A DNA stretch of 64,000 nucleotides from an uncultured Pseudomonadota bacterium (GCA_964583525.1 CAZOXD010000001.1:47572-111571); one strand, 5' to 3'; shown: positions 28,390 through 38,060, counted from the stretch's first letter. Notes: generated from the sequence alone by a model not told the origin. Program-made: numbers and translations.

Positions 28390-30741
28390 TCATCCAAATC
28401 CGTCCTGGGGTTCGACCGCGGGGCCGTCGCTGGCTTCCCAGGCATCGTCCCGGGTCACCGCGATCAGCACCGAGCGGCATTGAAAGTGATTGGGCGGGCG
28501 GTAGTTGGGGCGGCCCGTCCAATATTCCGAGTCCATCTCGTAAACCTTGCCGTCCAGCTCGCGGCAGATGGCCGTGGTGCGGCCGTCGAGGATGGCCGAG
28601 TATTCCTGGGCTTCCACGTACCCCTCCAGTTCCGGATCGGCGAAGAAGGAGTAACGCGCCTCGTTGACGGCCTCGAAGAGATTGGTGCGCACCACGTTCA
28701 CCAGCCGGGCGTCGGGGTTGACGGTCTCCAGCACGCGGCGCAGGCGTTCGCGGGCGGGCTCGTCCAGGTCGTCGGCGATCGCCTCCTGCGCTTCCGCGCC
28801 CAGCATCCCTTTCCGGGAAAGCTCGGTGTAGATCTCCTCCACCATTTCCTCGGTGGTAGCCGTGGTCTTGATGCCCTTGGAGAGGATGTTCCTGATGGTG
28901 GCCAGGGCGTCCTCGCTCAGCTTGCCGGCCATGGCGAAGCTCTTGGAATCGAAGAACGCCGCCGCCGCATCCTCGATGCCGGCCATATCGATGCGCTGGG
29001 CGAACTCCGCTCCGCGCCGGGCCTTGGCGATCTCGTCCCGGGCGTGGCGCCGGCCCAGCCCCCAGCCCTCTTCCAGCATCTGGCGCAGTCCCTTGCGGAG
29101 CCGGGTCACGTCCTTGGCGGCGAAGCTCAACGCGCCTATGGCTTCCACGTCTCCATCGATCTGTCCCAGCTGCTTCCCGCGCACGATGGCCGCCAGGGCG
29201 ATCACGGCCCGGCCCATGGCGGCGCTGGCGGCATCGACGCCCGTTGCCTCCAGATCCCCCGCTCGCTTATCGATCACGGCGAAGTCCACCCGCCGCGCCG
29301 CCCGCGTGAACGCCCGCGCGTTGATGTTGGAAAGCGCGGCCCGGGAAAGCCCGCTGATGGTGATGTTGGCCTGGGCGCTGACGGACTCCTCGCCGGGGGC
29401 GTCCGCGGGCGGCTCCACCTCCGGCCCTTCGGAGCCCGGCGCTTCCGGAGCCGCGCCGCCCGGCTGCTGGCCGGGCCCTTGGGGGCTCACCTTGAGGGGC
29501 TCGCCGCGGGGCGGGAAACCCATCATATCGCGCAGGTGCTCCTCGTCGGTGTCGGACGGAACCACCGATCCGGCGGCGACAGCGTCCTTCCAGGATTTGA
29601 TGAGGCGCTCCAGCAGTTCCACCGAGGCAGGCTTGAACTTGAACTTGGGATAGATCCCGTCTCCCCAGTTGAGATCCCCCAGATCGCGCCAAAGCTGCTC
29701 GTCCAGGGTTTCCTCCAGCCGCCCGGCGTCGGCTTCCAGGCTCATCAGGAAGGCTTCCAGTTGGGTCTGGCTCTGGGAATAGCTGCCCGTCTGCCCCTGC
29801 TCGCTCAGGCCCAGCAGGTTGGGCACCAGCAGCGCCTTGCCGATGCCCTTGTCGCAGCGGGCGATGCGCTCGTCGTAGGCCACCTTGGTCTGGGGGTGTT
29901 TGGTTTCCAGGTCGATCCCGTTGGGGAGCAGCAGCCAGGTCTTGCTGTTGATGTTGGCCATCATCTCCTTCAACGTAGCCAACTCCGCGCTGCCTTCGGT
30001 GATGTTGCGGCTGCCATCGGGCTTGAGGATGATAAACCCGGCCGCGTGACGCTCCATCCAGATATTCCAGAACTTGATCACCATGTCCTTGGAGAACCAG
30101 TCCCGGTAGGCCTCGCGCAGTTCGCTCTGGCCGTAGTGCTCGTCGATGTCCGGATTCTGCACGTAATGGATGAAGCGGGCCGCATCGATCTCGATCTCCT
30201 GGCCGCCCACCCGCTGCACGATCTTCTCGATGTTGCCGTGCTTGTCGGTGTGGAACTGGAAGGTGTGCGCCGGCCGGGCCTTGAGCCGTTCCAGGCCCCA
30301 CCAGGTCTTGCCCTCGTGCTCGATTTGTCCGTAGACCTTCTCTGTCAGCGAGAAACCGTTGATCATCCCGGCCATCACGCCGTTGAGGGCGTCGCGGAAG
30401 CTGCCCTTCATCTCCGACACGATGCGCTCGCAGATCGCGATGCGGCGCTCGCTCTCCTCCTCGCCCAGGGCCTCGTCGTCCAGTTGGAAAAACCAGCTCC
30501 GCGCCGTGATGGCGTCGCGCCGGAACTTGACCACCGCCTTCACCTGCTCGTCCAGCATCATTTTGCGGTAGATGGCTGCGCCCTTGCGCCCGATCAGGTC
30601 GTCCGGGTTGTACTTGGGGAAGTCCCGTGCGGAGTAGATGCGGCTGTCCGCCCAGGCCACCTCGCCCATGGGCGGCGCTTCGGGCTTTTCCGTTGCGAAG
30701 AAACCCCGCACTCCGCTGGCGATGCTCCGCAGGGCGCTCAT
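28390..30741 (-). CDS. Portal protein (DUF935, Mu gp29-like) fused to Mu F-like head morphogenesis domain
   Basis: N-terminal DUF935-like region; C-terminal SAILDGRTTAICRELDGKVYEMDSEYWTGRPNYRPPNHFQCRS matches the Mu F / SPP1 gp7 family. Confidence 0.75.
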   Translation of the reverse strand: MSALRSIASGVRGFFATEKPEAPPMGEVAWADSRIYSARDFPKYNPDDLIGRKGAAIYRKMMLDEQVKAVVKFRRDAITARSWFFQLDDEALGEEESERRIAICERIVSEMKGSFRDALNGVMAGMINGFSLTEKVYGQIEHEGKTWWGLERLKARPAHTFQFHTDKHGNIEKIVQRVGGQEIEIDAARFIHYVQNPDIDEHYGQSELREAYRDWFSKDMVIKFWNIWMERHAAGFIILKPDGSRNITEGSAELATLKEMMANINSKTWLLLPNGIDLETKHPQTKVAYDERIARCDKGIGKALLVPNLLGLSEQGQTGSYSQSQTQLEAFLMSLEADAGRLEETLDEQLWRDLGDLNWGDGIYPKFKFKPASVELLERLIKSWKDAVAAGSVVPSDTDEEHLRDMMGFPPRGEPLKVSPQGPGQQPGGAAPEAPGSEGPEVEPPADAPGEESVSAQANITISGLSRAALSNINARAFTRAARRVDFAVIDKRAGDLEATGVDAASAAMGRAVIALAAIVRGKQLGQIDGDVEAIGALSFAAKDVTRLRKGLRQMLEEGWGLGRRHARDEIAKARRGAEFAQRIDMAGIEDAAAAFFDSKSFAMAGKLSEDALATIRNILSKGIKTTATTEEMVEEIYTELSRKGMLGAEAQEAIADDLDEPARERLRRVLETVNPDARLVNVVRTNLFEAVNEARYSFFADPELEGYVEAQEYSAILDGRTTAICRELDGKVYEMDSEYWTGRPNYRPPNHFQCRSVLIAVTRDDAWEASDGPAVEPQDGFG

Positions 30742-31043
30742 GATTCCCTCCGCTTGGCGGTGAAGGGAACCTTCCAAAAGCCGTCCCGCCCGCTGCTGGC
30801 CACGACTGTGATCTCGGCGGTGTACTCGGCGTCCTCCGTGGTGGACAAGGCCTTGTCCACGGTGGCGCGGTAGACCCCGTCCGACCCGGCGACGTAATCC
30901 ATGGCGAGAGGGAAGGTGACTCCGCTCACTTCATTCTCATTGGCGTCCTTGATAGTCACCGTGACCGTGGCGTTGTTGATGGGCCCGTCCCTGTCCCAGA
31001 TGGCCAGCTCGGCCTCGTTGTCGTTGAGATGAAACCAGGCCAT
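30738..31043 (-). CDS. Small hypothetical head protein (Ig-like beta-rich)
   Basis: Internal start MAWFHLNDNEAELAIWDRD...; ATGA overlap with the portal start. Confidence 0.4.
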   Translation of the reverse strand: MAWFHLNDNEAELAIWDRDGPINNATVTVTIKDANENEVSGVTFPLAMDYVAGSDGVYRATVDKALSTTEDAEYTAEITVVASSGRDGFWKVPFTAKRRES

Positions 31044-31044
31044 G

Positions 31045-32433
31045 TCAGCCCCCCACCCTGGCGCGGCCGCCAAGCACCGGGTGCAGATCGGGGCGCCCCT
31101 CCACGGCCGGCCGGAAGACCGCCCGGCCATCGATCACGGGATGTAGGGAGATGTCCGCGTAGATGGGGAGGCCCGCCGCCGCGCCACTCTCAGCTTCCAC
31201 CGTGGGCGCCAGTCCGGTCAGCGTGAACGTGCCCAGAGGCGGGGCCACCGATGCCCCGGCCGCCACGGCAGGAGTCTGTCCGGACAGCGCGAACGTCCCC
31301 AGGGGCGGAGCCACCGACGCGCCGGCCGCCACGACCGGAGCTTGCCCGGACAGCGTGAACGTGCCCAGGGGCGGGGCGACGGAAGCGCCACCGGCCACGG
31401 CCGGAACCTGGCCCGCCAGCGCGAAAGTCCCCAAAGGCGGCGCGACGCTGGCGCCGCTGGCGACGGCTGGAACCTGGCCGGCCAGGGTGAACGTGCCCAG
31501 TGGCACGGCGATGTCCACGCCCGCCGCTGTGTCGATGGTTGGAGCGAATCCTGTCAGGGAGAATGTGCCCAGGGGGGCATCGACCTTGGCGCCGGTTCCC
31601 ACTGCCGGAACCTGCCCGGTCAACGCGAATGTTCCCAACGGCGGGGCGACGCTTGCGCCGGCCGCCACGGCTGGAACCTGCCCGGTCAATGCGAAGGAAC
31701 CGGCCGGCACTGTCACGCCGGCACCGGAGGCCACGGCCGGAACCTGTCCGGCCAGGGTGAACGTGCCCAAGGGAACCGCCACCTCCGCGCCCGAGGCGGT
31801 TTCGATGGTGGGAGCGAAACCCGTCAGGGAAAACGTGCCCAGCGGCGGGGCGACGCTCGCGCCCCCGGCCACGGCGGGAACCTGCCCGGCCAGCGCGAAG
31901 CTGCCCGCGGGTGCATCCACCTTGGCGCCGGTGCCCACTGCGGGAGTCTGCCCGGCCAGCGTGAAGGTGCCCAGGGGAGGGGCCACCGATGCGCCACTGG
32001 CGACGTCCGGCACTTGGCCGGCCAGCGTGAACGTGCCCAGGGGGACGGCGATGTCCACGCCACCGCCGCTGACTGTCACGACCTGTGTACCGGTCAAATC
32101 CTCCGCACCGCCATCGTTGTTATCGATGGTTTTGATTCGGATGTAATAGGTGCCGGCCGTGTTTGCTGTGACCGTTTTTGTCTTGGCGGTAGAATCGCCA
32201 ATCCCCAGTACGGGATTCGGGGTGGGCGTCGTCAGCGCTGCCCCGGTAGAGGGGATGTCAACATAGTTCGCGGGCGAGTCTCCATTTCCTTCATCCCACT
32301 GCCAATGCATGTCGTAATCAAGCCCGCCATGCAAACCTTCGGTGATTTGGGCGCCGAACAAAAAAGTATCTGACTCGGCGGGTGCGGGATCGCTGAGCGG
32401 TTGAGTAATCGCAACTGATGAAACGATGGCCAT
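31045..32433 (-). CDS. Repeat-containing virion protein: N-terminal Ig-like region plus ~13 tandem 22-aa repeats (consensus GASVAPPLGTFTLAGQVPAVA)
   Basis: Protein from the ORF track shows near-perfect 22-aa periodicity; located between the terminase block and portal. Confidence 0.6.
   Translation of the reverse strand: MAIVSSVAITQPLSDPAPAESDTFLFGAQITEGLHGGLDYDMHWQWDEGNGDSPANYVDIPSTGAALTTPTPNPVLGIGDSTAKTKTVTANTAGTYYIRIKTIDNNDGGAEDLTGTQVVTVSGGGVDIAVPLGTFTLAGQVPDVASGASVAPPLGTFTLAGQTPAVGTGAKVDAPAGSFALAGQVPAVAGGASVAPPLGTFSLTGFAPTIETASGAEVAVPLGTFTLAGQVPAVASGAGVTVPAGSFALTGQVPAVAAGASVAPPLGTFALTGQVPAVGTGAKVDAPLGTFSLTGFAPTIDTAAGVDIAVPLGTFTLAGQVPAVASGASVAPPLGTFALAGQVPAVAGGASVAPPLGTFTLSGQAPVVAAGASVAPPLGTFALSGQTPAVAAGASVAPPLGTFTLTGLAPTVEAESGAAAGLPIYADISLHPVIDGRAVFRPAVEGRPDLHPVLGGRARVGG
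31176..32061. repeat. ~13 x 66-bp tandem repeat array (coding, inside 31045..32433)
   Basis: Derived from protein periodicity; long antisense ORFs in this region (31163..32146, 31342..32373) are artefacts of the repeat. Confidence 0.6.
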
Positions 32434-32799
32434 CTAGACCTCCTCAACTTTCAAGCAGCACCTTTTCGCACCCTGCGCCCAGCGCTCGTTGACAAAGTCC
32501 ACGTCCAATTGCTGTTTAGGCCACGCCGCGCAGGACATGGGCTTGCAGGCCATCCCCCGTTCCGCTTGAAACATGCAGCGCAGATCATCTGTTAAAAACT
32601 CGCACCGCTGGCCGTTCACCCCCTTCCAGTTGATCTTGACGCAGCACAAGGCCCCGCAGATTTCGGTGGGGCAGCGCAGACCGCCGTTTCCATCGTCCAC
32701 GTATCCAGTCACCTGGTAGGATTTCCCATCGCGTCCGATAAACTTCTCGATGCGCCAGTCCTCGGTGCGGAAGGTGATAAATGAATATTGGCCGGGCAT
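32434..32799 (-). CDS. Cysteine-rich small protein (C-x3-C-x3-CC ... C ... C ... C), putative metal-binding
   Basis: Internal start MPGQYSFITFRTEDW...; CPTEICGALCCVKINWKGVNGQRCEF... Confidence 0.4.
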   Translation of the reverse strand: MPGQYSFITFRTEDWRIEKFIGRDGKSYQVTGYVDDGNGGLRCPTEICGALCCVKINWKGVNGQRCEFLTDDLRCMFQAERGMACKPMSCAAWPKQQLDVDFVNERWAQGAKRCCLKVEEV

Positions 32800-33248
32800 C
32801 AGGTCACCGTGAAAATTCCCGAGCCGTTGTAGGTGATCTGGAAGTTGGTGCCGTCGCCCGCGCTTTCCGCCGCGCCGAAGTCGATGGAACACATCAGCAG
32901 ATCGGCGGAGGGCACGGTGGAGTCCTCGTCGTAGATCACCGCGTCGGTACAGTCGCCGGAGGTGGAAATCGGCCCGCCCGAGGCCGTCCAGACGCTGTCG
33001 GCCGCGTCGAAGGTGACCACTCCGCCCGATTCCACCCAGGTCACCGAGGCCAGGGTCTCCAAGCCCTGGGTGTAGCCGTTGCCCGTGGGAATCTCGTTGG
33101 CGGCGATCTGCGACTTGTTTGTGTTGCCGGGGGTGAAGGCGTGGGTGGAGTTCATCAGGATGACGTCCCAGACATCGGTGTCAAAATCCATCCCGCCGTC
33201 GCACGCGAATTCCATGAACTGGTTGTAGAAATTGATCGTGACCGCCAT
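32799..33248 (-). CDS. Acidic hypothetical phage protein
   Basis: Internal start MAVTINFYNQFMEF... Confidence 0.4.
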   Translation of the reverse strand: MAVTINFYNQFMEFACDGGMDFDTDVWDVILMNSTHAFTPGNTNKSQIAANEIPTGNGYTQGLETLASVTWVESGGVVTFDAADSVWTASGGPISTSGDCTDAVIYDEDSTVPSADLLMCSIDFGAAESAGDGTNFQITYNGSGIFTVT

Positions 33249-33249
33249 T

Positions 33250-33549
33250 TCAGGCCTCCTTCCGTTGCCTGGGTTTACCAACCGGCACGGCGATGCCGGC
33301 GCCCAGCGGCAACCCGTTGGGCGGCTTTTCCATCCCGTAGGTTTTCAGGTTGGCCAGGCTGGTCTGGAACTCCGCCAGCTTCTCCTTCCAGCGCGGGGCC
33401 TTGGGATGGCCCGGATGCGCCTTGAGGTTGGCCTTGAGCTTTTTCACGTTGGGCAGGATGCGATCCACCCGTCCCACGATGCGCGCGGCTTTGAGATCGG
33501 TGGGGTCGGCCTCGTGCATCTTGCGGGCCGCCGCGATGATGTCGGTCAT
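33250..33549 (-). CDS. Small basic hypothetical protein
   Basis: 99-aa ORF in the translationally coupled series. Confidence 0.35.
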   Translation of the reverse strand: MTDIIAAARKMHEADPTDLKAARIVGRVDRILPNVKKLKANLKAHPGHPKAPRWKEKLAEFQTSLANLKTYGMEKPPNGLPLGAGIAVPVGKPRQRKEA

Positions 33550-33866
33550 GTCAGTCTCCGGTGGTTCGGTTGGGCGCTTCCATTGGCGCCGTTGCCTTTC
33601 GGCAGCGGATCACTCCTGCCCGCCATCAGCGCCCGGTCGTCGACCTGGAAGAGCTTTTTGCAGGTAAGGCATTCCAGATTGGTGAGCTTGGCCGCGCCGT
33701 GGCTGACCAGCCGGACATGGGCGCGGAAGGCCATCATCCCGCACCGGTCGCAGCGGATGAGCTTCTCCCCCGCGCTGGGCACGATGATCTGCGGCGTCAT
33801 CCGCAGCGGCGTCTTCTTCGACGGAATGATGAGCGGGCTCTTCCTGAGCCTGTTGCGTTTCGGCAT
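33546..33866 (-). CDS. Small zinc-finger-like protein (CxxC...CxxC)
   Basis: ...IRCDRCGMMAF...LECLTCKKLF... Confidence 0.4.
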   Translation of the reverse strand: MPKRNRLRKSPLIIPSKKTPLRMTPQIIVPSAGEKLIRCDRCGMMAFRAHVRLVSHGAAKLTNLECLTCKKLFQVDDRALMAGRSDPLPKGNGANGSAQPNHRRLT

Positions 33867-33879
33867 CCCTGCCTCCTCC

Positions 33880-35427
33880 TCAAGTCAACCCGGCATCGTA
33901 GCCGGCGTTCTCGGATTCGCCCCCGGCCACGGGGACGGCGATGCCCAGCAGCGAGTCGATCAGCCGCCAGGCGTTTTCGGCGGCGTCCGGGCCGTCCAGG
34001 TTGCCACGCTGGGGGAAGAACACGTGCTGATCCACAAGCCTGTCCTGGTCTGAATCGCCTTGGATGAAATGGACGGCGCCGCGCTCCCAGGCGGCGGTCA
34101 TGCGCATGATGCGCACGTCCTTGGGGATCAGGTTCACCACCTGTTGACCCAGGGCTTCCACGGGCAGCCCCCGCGCGGCGCGGGCCTGCTCCAACGGGAA
34201 CTCGAACAACTCCTGGAACCCGTTGGCCTCGTAACCGGAAACCCAGATCCAATGACCGCGCCCCATCACCGCCTCGACCTGGTTGAAGTACTCCGCCACC
34301 TGCTCGGTGGGGGAAGCCGTGCGCGAGAGGAACGCCTTCAGGCAGAAACGGTGTCCCAGTTCGGGATCGAGGGCCCAGGTTTCGATGGCCTTCCAGTCGC
34401 CGCCGCCCTGCTTGCGGGAGATGGCCGGATCCCAATAGACGGCGATCAGCAACGGGCGGTGCTCAAGCTGCTCGCGGCGGTAGTGGCGCACCCACTCGCG
34501 GCGGAAGGCGCTGTCCTTGTTGACCGCGATGAGGAGATATTCCAGGTTGAAGTCGTCCGGCTCGTCAGCCAGTTCCTCGCGCTTGGCGGCGATGAAGGCC
34601 GCGTCGAAGCGCACGGGATCGGTGGGGTTGCCGTCGCTGTCCGCGATGGGATGGATGAACTTGGCCCAGGCCTTGCTCTGGCTGCGTTCCAGGCGCGAGA
34701 TGGCGCAGTCCTCGGTCAGGCGGGTGCCGATGGCGATCAGCTTGTAGCCGGTCTTGCGCATGGCGGGGATGATCTTGCGGCGGATGTCGGTCAGGAGTTT
34801 GGTGATCGTGTCGGGATTGCGGGCGTCCTGGTCGTCCTGGAAGTCGTCCAGCTTCCACCTGTCCGGACGCCGGTTGTGAACAACGGAGCGCAGACCGCGC
34901 AGGCCGGAGGCCACCGAGTGACCCATCACCTCCGCGCCGTTGCGCAAGACAAAGTGGGAGCGCCCCCACACCGGGCCGAAGGCCAGATCGCCGTAGTCCT
35001 GGCGCAGGCGGGCGTTGGCCTCGAACTCAAGGCGCACCTGCAGCGTGGTGGGGTAGGTCTGGGGATCGGTCTTGGAGGTGAGCACGGTGAAGTCCGAATC
35101 GCCGGTGCACAGCTCGCGCACGGTCTCGGCGTAGGTTTCCCGGGTGGACTTGCCCCGGCCGCGGTGCTCCACGTCCAGCACCAGGCGCTTGGAATCGCGC
35201 ACCTCCGCCCAGCGGTCGTCGATTTCCGTGAACGGCTCGTCGAAGAGGTGCGGGAAGTAGTGCTTGAAGAACCAGAAGCGGTCGGCCTTGCCGCGCCGCT
35301 TGCGCTCCGCGATGGCCGCGTCCGAGCCGTCCGGCAGTTCGCTGGTGGCTTCGGCGATCAGGCGCCGGTGCTCGGCCTCCAGCTTGTCCAGCTCGCGGTT
35401 GAGCTGCCGGTCGGTGAGGTCAGGCAA
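33880..35427 (-). CDS. Terminase large subunit
   Basis: 515 aa; N-terminal ATPase-like region (LVLDVEHRGRGKSTRETYAETV) and C-terminal nuclease-like region; sits after TerS. Confidence 0.75.
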   Translation of the reverse strand: MPDLTDRQLNRELDKLEAEHRRLIAEATSELPDGSDAAIAERKRRGKADRFWFFKHYFPHLFDEPFTEIDDRWAEVRDSKRLVLDVEHRGRGKSTRETYAETVRELCTGDSDFTVLTSKTDPQTYPTTLQVRLEFEANARLRQDYGDLAFGPVWGRSHFVLRNGAEVMGHSVASGLRGLRSVVHNRRPDRWKLDDFQDDQDARNPDTITKLLTDIRRKIIPAMRKTGYKLIAIGTRLTEDCAISRLERSQSKAWAKFIHPIADSDGNPTDPVRFDAAFIAAKREELADEPDDFNLEYLLIAVNKDSAFRREWVRHYRREQLEHRPLLIAVYWDPAISRKQGGGDWKAIETWALDPELGHRFCLKAFLSRTASPTEQVAEYFNQVEAVMGRGHWIWVSGYEANGFQELFEFPLEQARAARGLPVEALGQQVVNLIPKDVRIMRMTAAWERGAVHFIQGDSDQDRLVDQHVFFPQRGNLDGPDAAENAWRLIDSLLGIAVPVAGGESENAGYDAGLT

Positions 35428-35647
35428 GAGGAATCTCCGTTACGCTGGTCTTGAGGTGAGCCTCCAAATACTCATGGAATTCCTTTGATCCGAGAAGATT
35501 GAAGACCGCCTCACGCACCGCGTGTGAAAACCCGGCAACGCCCTCCTGAAGGTTCGGCCCTATCAGGGCGCACCATTGATCCCCTTCTATAGAAACCTTG
35601 ATGTTGAATCCCAGTTTTTCCACCTGCTGTTCGCTGAGGTCAGCCAC
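35420..35647 (-). CDS. Small hypothetical protein
   Basis: 75 aa between TerS and TerL. Confidence 0.35.
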   Translation of the reverse strand: MADLSEQQVEKLGFNIKVSIEGDQWCALIGPNLQEGVAGFSHAVREAVFNLLGSKEFHEYLEAHLKTSVTEIPLA

Positions 35648-36110
35648 GCGAGATCTCCATGGTGAAAGCCTTGAGGTGCTCGGTCATCAGGGCGTGGGCC
35701 TCCGGGTTGACGCGCTTGAGGAAATCCATCAGCTCGCGGGTGTAGCGCAGGGCCAGGCGCTTGTAGTCGATGTCCTTTTGCAGCTTGCGCACGCGCTCGG
35801 CGGTTTCCAGCAATTGATTCAACTCCTTGCGGCGGTCGGTGATCCCCTCCAGGTTTTCCGGCTCCACCTTGTTCAGCGATTTCGCCAGGTTGTTGATCTG
35901 GCTCTGCACGGCGGCATAGATGCCGTGGTAGCCCCGGGCGGACTGCTTGCGCGCCTCGTCCCAGTCGAACCAGTCCCGCCAGCGGCGCAGGGTCGTCGGC
36001 GAGATTCCGCAGGCCGCGCAGATCTCCTTTTCGGAAGCCTGGGCCTGCACCCACATTTCCCCGGCGACCTGCCCCTGCCAGCTGTCACGCTTGATGGCCC
36101 GCTTGCTCAC
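35640..36110 (-). CDS. Terminase small subunit / HTH DNA-binding protein
   Basis: 156 aa with HTH (CAACGISPTTLRRWRDWF) directly upstream of TerL. Confidence 0.5.
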   Translation of the reverse strand: MSKRAIKRDSWQGQVAGEMWVQAQASEKEICAACGISPTTLRRWRDWFDWDEARKQSARGYHGIYAAVQSQINNLAKSLNKVEPENLEGITDRRKELNQLLETAERVRKLQKDIDYKRLALRYTRELMDFLKRVNPEAHALMTEHLKAFTMEISRG

Positions 36111-36221
36111 GCTAAAACCCCGTCCGAATGCCGTCCGAATGGCCCGTCAATCGCTTGGCCGGGCTCATGGCGGGCCACCCCGCGCATCCGGGCCGGATCG
36201 CCGCGCAGGGACGCGCTGCGC

Positions 36222-36686
36222 TCAATCCGCCGTCCCCGCTTTCAGGGAGACGCTGGGCGCGCTGTCCTTCATGTCGCCCAGACGGCGCAGGGTGGCGTCG
36301 TCCATATGGTTCTTGACTTCTTTCTGGATCGGCGACGCGCTGAACTTGAAGAAGTCCGCCAGATCCAGCCGCTCGTTTTCCTCCAGGAACTTGTGCAGCG
36401 CGGCCGAGTCGGTGAACTTGTCTTTTAGCGCGAAGGAGCGCCCGCCCAGGGTGACCGCGATCGCGCCGGCCGCGTTGAGCACGCTGTAGGTTTCATGGAG
36501 TCCGTGCTTCGCTTCCAGCGCCGGGCGCAGCCTCTCGAATCTTTCGATGACTTGCGCGCGCATCTCCCCCAGATTCTGCTGCGCTTTCACGTACTCCCCG
36601 GCGCACTGGAGCAGGCCCTCCAGTTCCTGGGTCTTCTTTTCGCCCATCTTGAGCGGCGTCTCCACGCTTCCCTGCTTGATTTTCAT
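36222..36686 (-). CDS. Hypothetical phage protein
   Basis: Internal start MKIKQGSVETPLKMGEKKTQ... Confidence 0.4.
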   Translation of the reverse strand: MKIKQGSVETPLKMGEKKTQELEGLLQCAGEYVKAQQNLGEMRAQVIERFERLRPALEAKHGLHETYSVLNAAGAIAVTLGGRSFALKDKFTDSAALHKFLEENERLDLADFFKFSASPIQKEVKNHMDDATLRRLGDMKDSAPSVSLKAGTAD

Positions 36687-36693
36687 CGGTTCC

Positions 36694-36936
36694 TCACGTT
36701 GTGATTTTCGAGGGTTCGGGTTGGGGCGGGGCTTGTTCGGGCCCACCCGGCTCTATTGGTCGGGCGCAGGTCACCATGGCGGCCGGGTAGATTCTCTCGC
36801 TCCAGGAAATCACCTCCATGGAATGAGAGAGGGTGGCCTGGGGATGAGAACGCTTGCACATTTTCTCCAGCGCCTCCGGCTCCGGCGCTCCCGTGAAGGC
36901 CGTCAACCAAATCGTCCAGATCAGGATCACGTCCAT
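36694..36936 (-). CDS. Small membrane protein with N-terminal TM segment (lysis-associated candidate)
   Basis: MDVILIWTIWLTAFTG...; fits exactly in the gap between neighbouring genes. Confidence 0.3.
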   Translation of the reverse strand: MDVILIWTIWLTAFTGAPEPEALEKMCKRSHPQATLSHSMEVISWSERIYPAAMVTCARPIEPGGPEQAPPQPEPSKITT

Positions 36937-36938
36937 TT

Positions 36939-37193
36939 CTACCCTCCCGTTCCCAGTAGTGATTTCAGCCAGCCCAGCGCCAGGGCCAGCGCCGCCCAGA
37001 ACATCGCGCCGATTGTCCAGATGATGATGGTCTTCTTCTCCAGCGAGCGCAGGCGCTGCTCGTGATCGGTGTCGATGCGGTCGGTGGATTCCTTGGCGGC
37101 CTTGGCGTAGGCCTTGGTTTCGGCCATGTCGGCAACCAACTGGCTCCAATCGCGCTGCGATACGTAAACCTGCTGGCCCTTGCTTACGCCCAT
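36939..37193 (-). CDS. Small protein with C-terminal TM segment (spanin-like/lysis accessory candidate)
   Basis: 84 aa, ...TIIIWTIGAMFWAALALALGWL..., immediately downstream of the endolysin. Confidence 0.4.
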   Translation of the reverse strand: MGVSKGQQVYVSQRDWSQLVADMAETKAYAKAAKESTDRIDTDHEQRLRSLEKKTIIIWTIGAMFWAALALALGWLKSLLGTGG

Positions 37194-37209
37194 CGCGGAA
37201 CCCTTCCGT

Positions 37210-37785
37210 TCAAAACCACGGCTTGAGGAAGCCCTTGATTTTCATCGAGGCCCAGGCCGGCGATTTGACGTAGCGGATCTTCTCGTAGACGCCGTCGCCC
37301 TCGCGCACCACGTGCTTGCCGGGGCCGGTGTTGCCCTCGACGGTGCCCATCTTCACGCCGCCCTCCAGGATTTCCGTGACGATGCCGACGTGCCCGCGCG
37401 AGGTGGCCCGGCCGTCCTTGTGGTATTGCCACAAGACCAGGCAGCCCGGCTCCGGCGCGGCGATGCGCGCCTTTTTGGGGGACTTGTTCCAGACGGTCAG
37501 CACGTGTTCGCTGGCATAAAGCCGCGCTTCGGGCGAGCCGCCGATGGCCAGGCCCAGCCTGTCCACCTGCTCGATGCAGAACCAGGCGAAGGACGCGCAC
37601 CACGGCTCGCCTTGGGCGCGGCCGTCCACGGCCTTTTGGAAACGCTCCACCGCCTGGCCGCGGTTGTCGCCGCCGCGCTCGGAGAAGCCGATCCATTCCC
37701 TGGCGAAGAAGATCAGCGCGTCGGGCTTGCGGTGATCGGGCAGCGCCACATCGAAGATGCCCGGATCCGGGATCGTCGGGGCCAA
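37210..37785 (-). CDS. CHAP-domain peptidoglycan hydrolase (endolysin)
   Basis: Catalytic Cys (EPWCASFAWFC) and His (GHVGIVTEI) motifs; downstream of the holin. Confidence 0.7.
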   Translation of the reverse strand: MAPTIPDPGIFDVALPDHRKPDALIFFAREWIGFSERGGDNRGQAVERFQKAVDGRAQGEPWCASFAWFCIEQVDRLGLAIGGSPEARLYASEHVLTVWNKSPKKARIAAPEPGCLVLWQYHKDGRATSRGHVGIVTEILEGGVKMGTVEGNTGPGKHVVREGDGVYEKIRYVKSPAWASMKIKGFLKPWF

Positions 37786-37788
37786 CGT

Positions 37789-37974
37789 TCAGCCCCGGTT
37801 CTTGCCTAAGTCCGCCAGGCCCTGGCCCAGCACGTAGGTTCCCAGCGGGCCGATGATCATCAGCACGGTTTCCAACGGGATCCCCCAGCCGAAGACGGCG
37901 TTGAGGGCGGGGACGGCCGCCGAGACAAAGGCGACGATCCACTTCTTGGATTTCCAGAAAGGTTTCTCGCTCAC
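37789..37974 (-). CDS. Holin-like small membrane protein
   Basis: 61 aa with two hydrophobic segments; first gene of the lysis cassette. Confidence 0.5.
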   Translation of the reverse strand: MSEKPFWKSKKWIVAFVSAAVPALNAVFGWGIPLETVLMIIGPLGTYVLGQGLADLGKNRG

Positions 37975-38009
37975 GTTTCCGCTCCTGGCGTTGGTTCGCT
38001 AGACGAACG

Positions 38010-38060
38010 GGGGCCATTATATATCCCCGCCCGGGAGGGATAAGCGTGAACGGCCAGCGT
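38010..38060 (-). promoter_or_regulatory. Candidate late promoter (TATAAT -10 box, weak -35) upstream of the holin gene, preceded by a near-palindrome tccccgcccgggaggga
   Basis: Read directly from the 220-nt intergenic region; activator-dependent late promoters typically lack a good -35. Confidence 0.3.
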
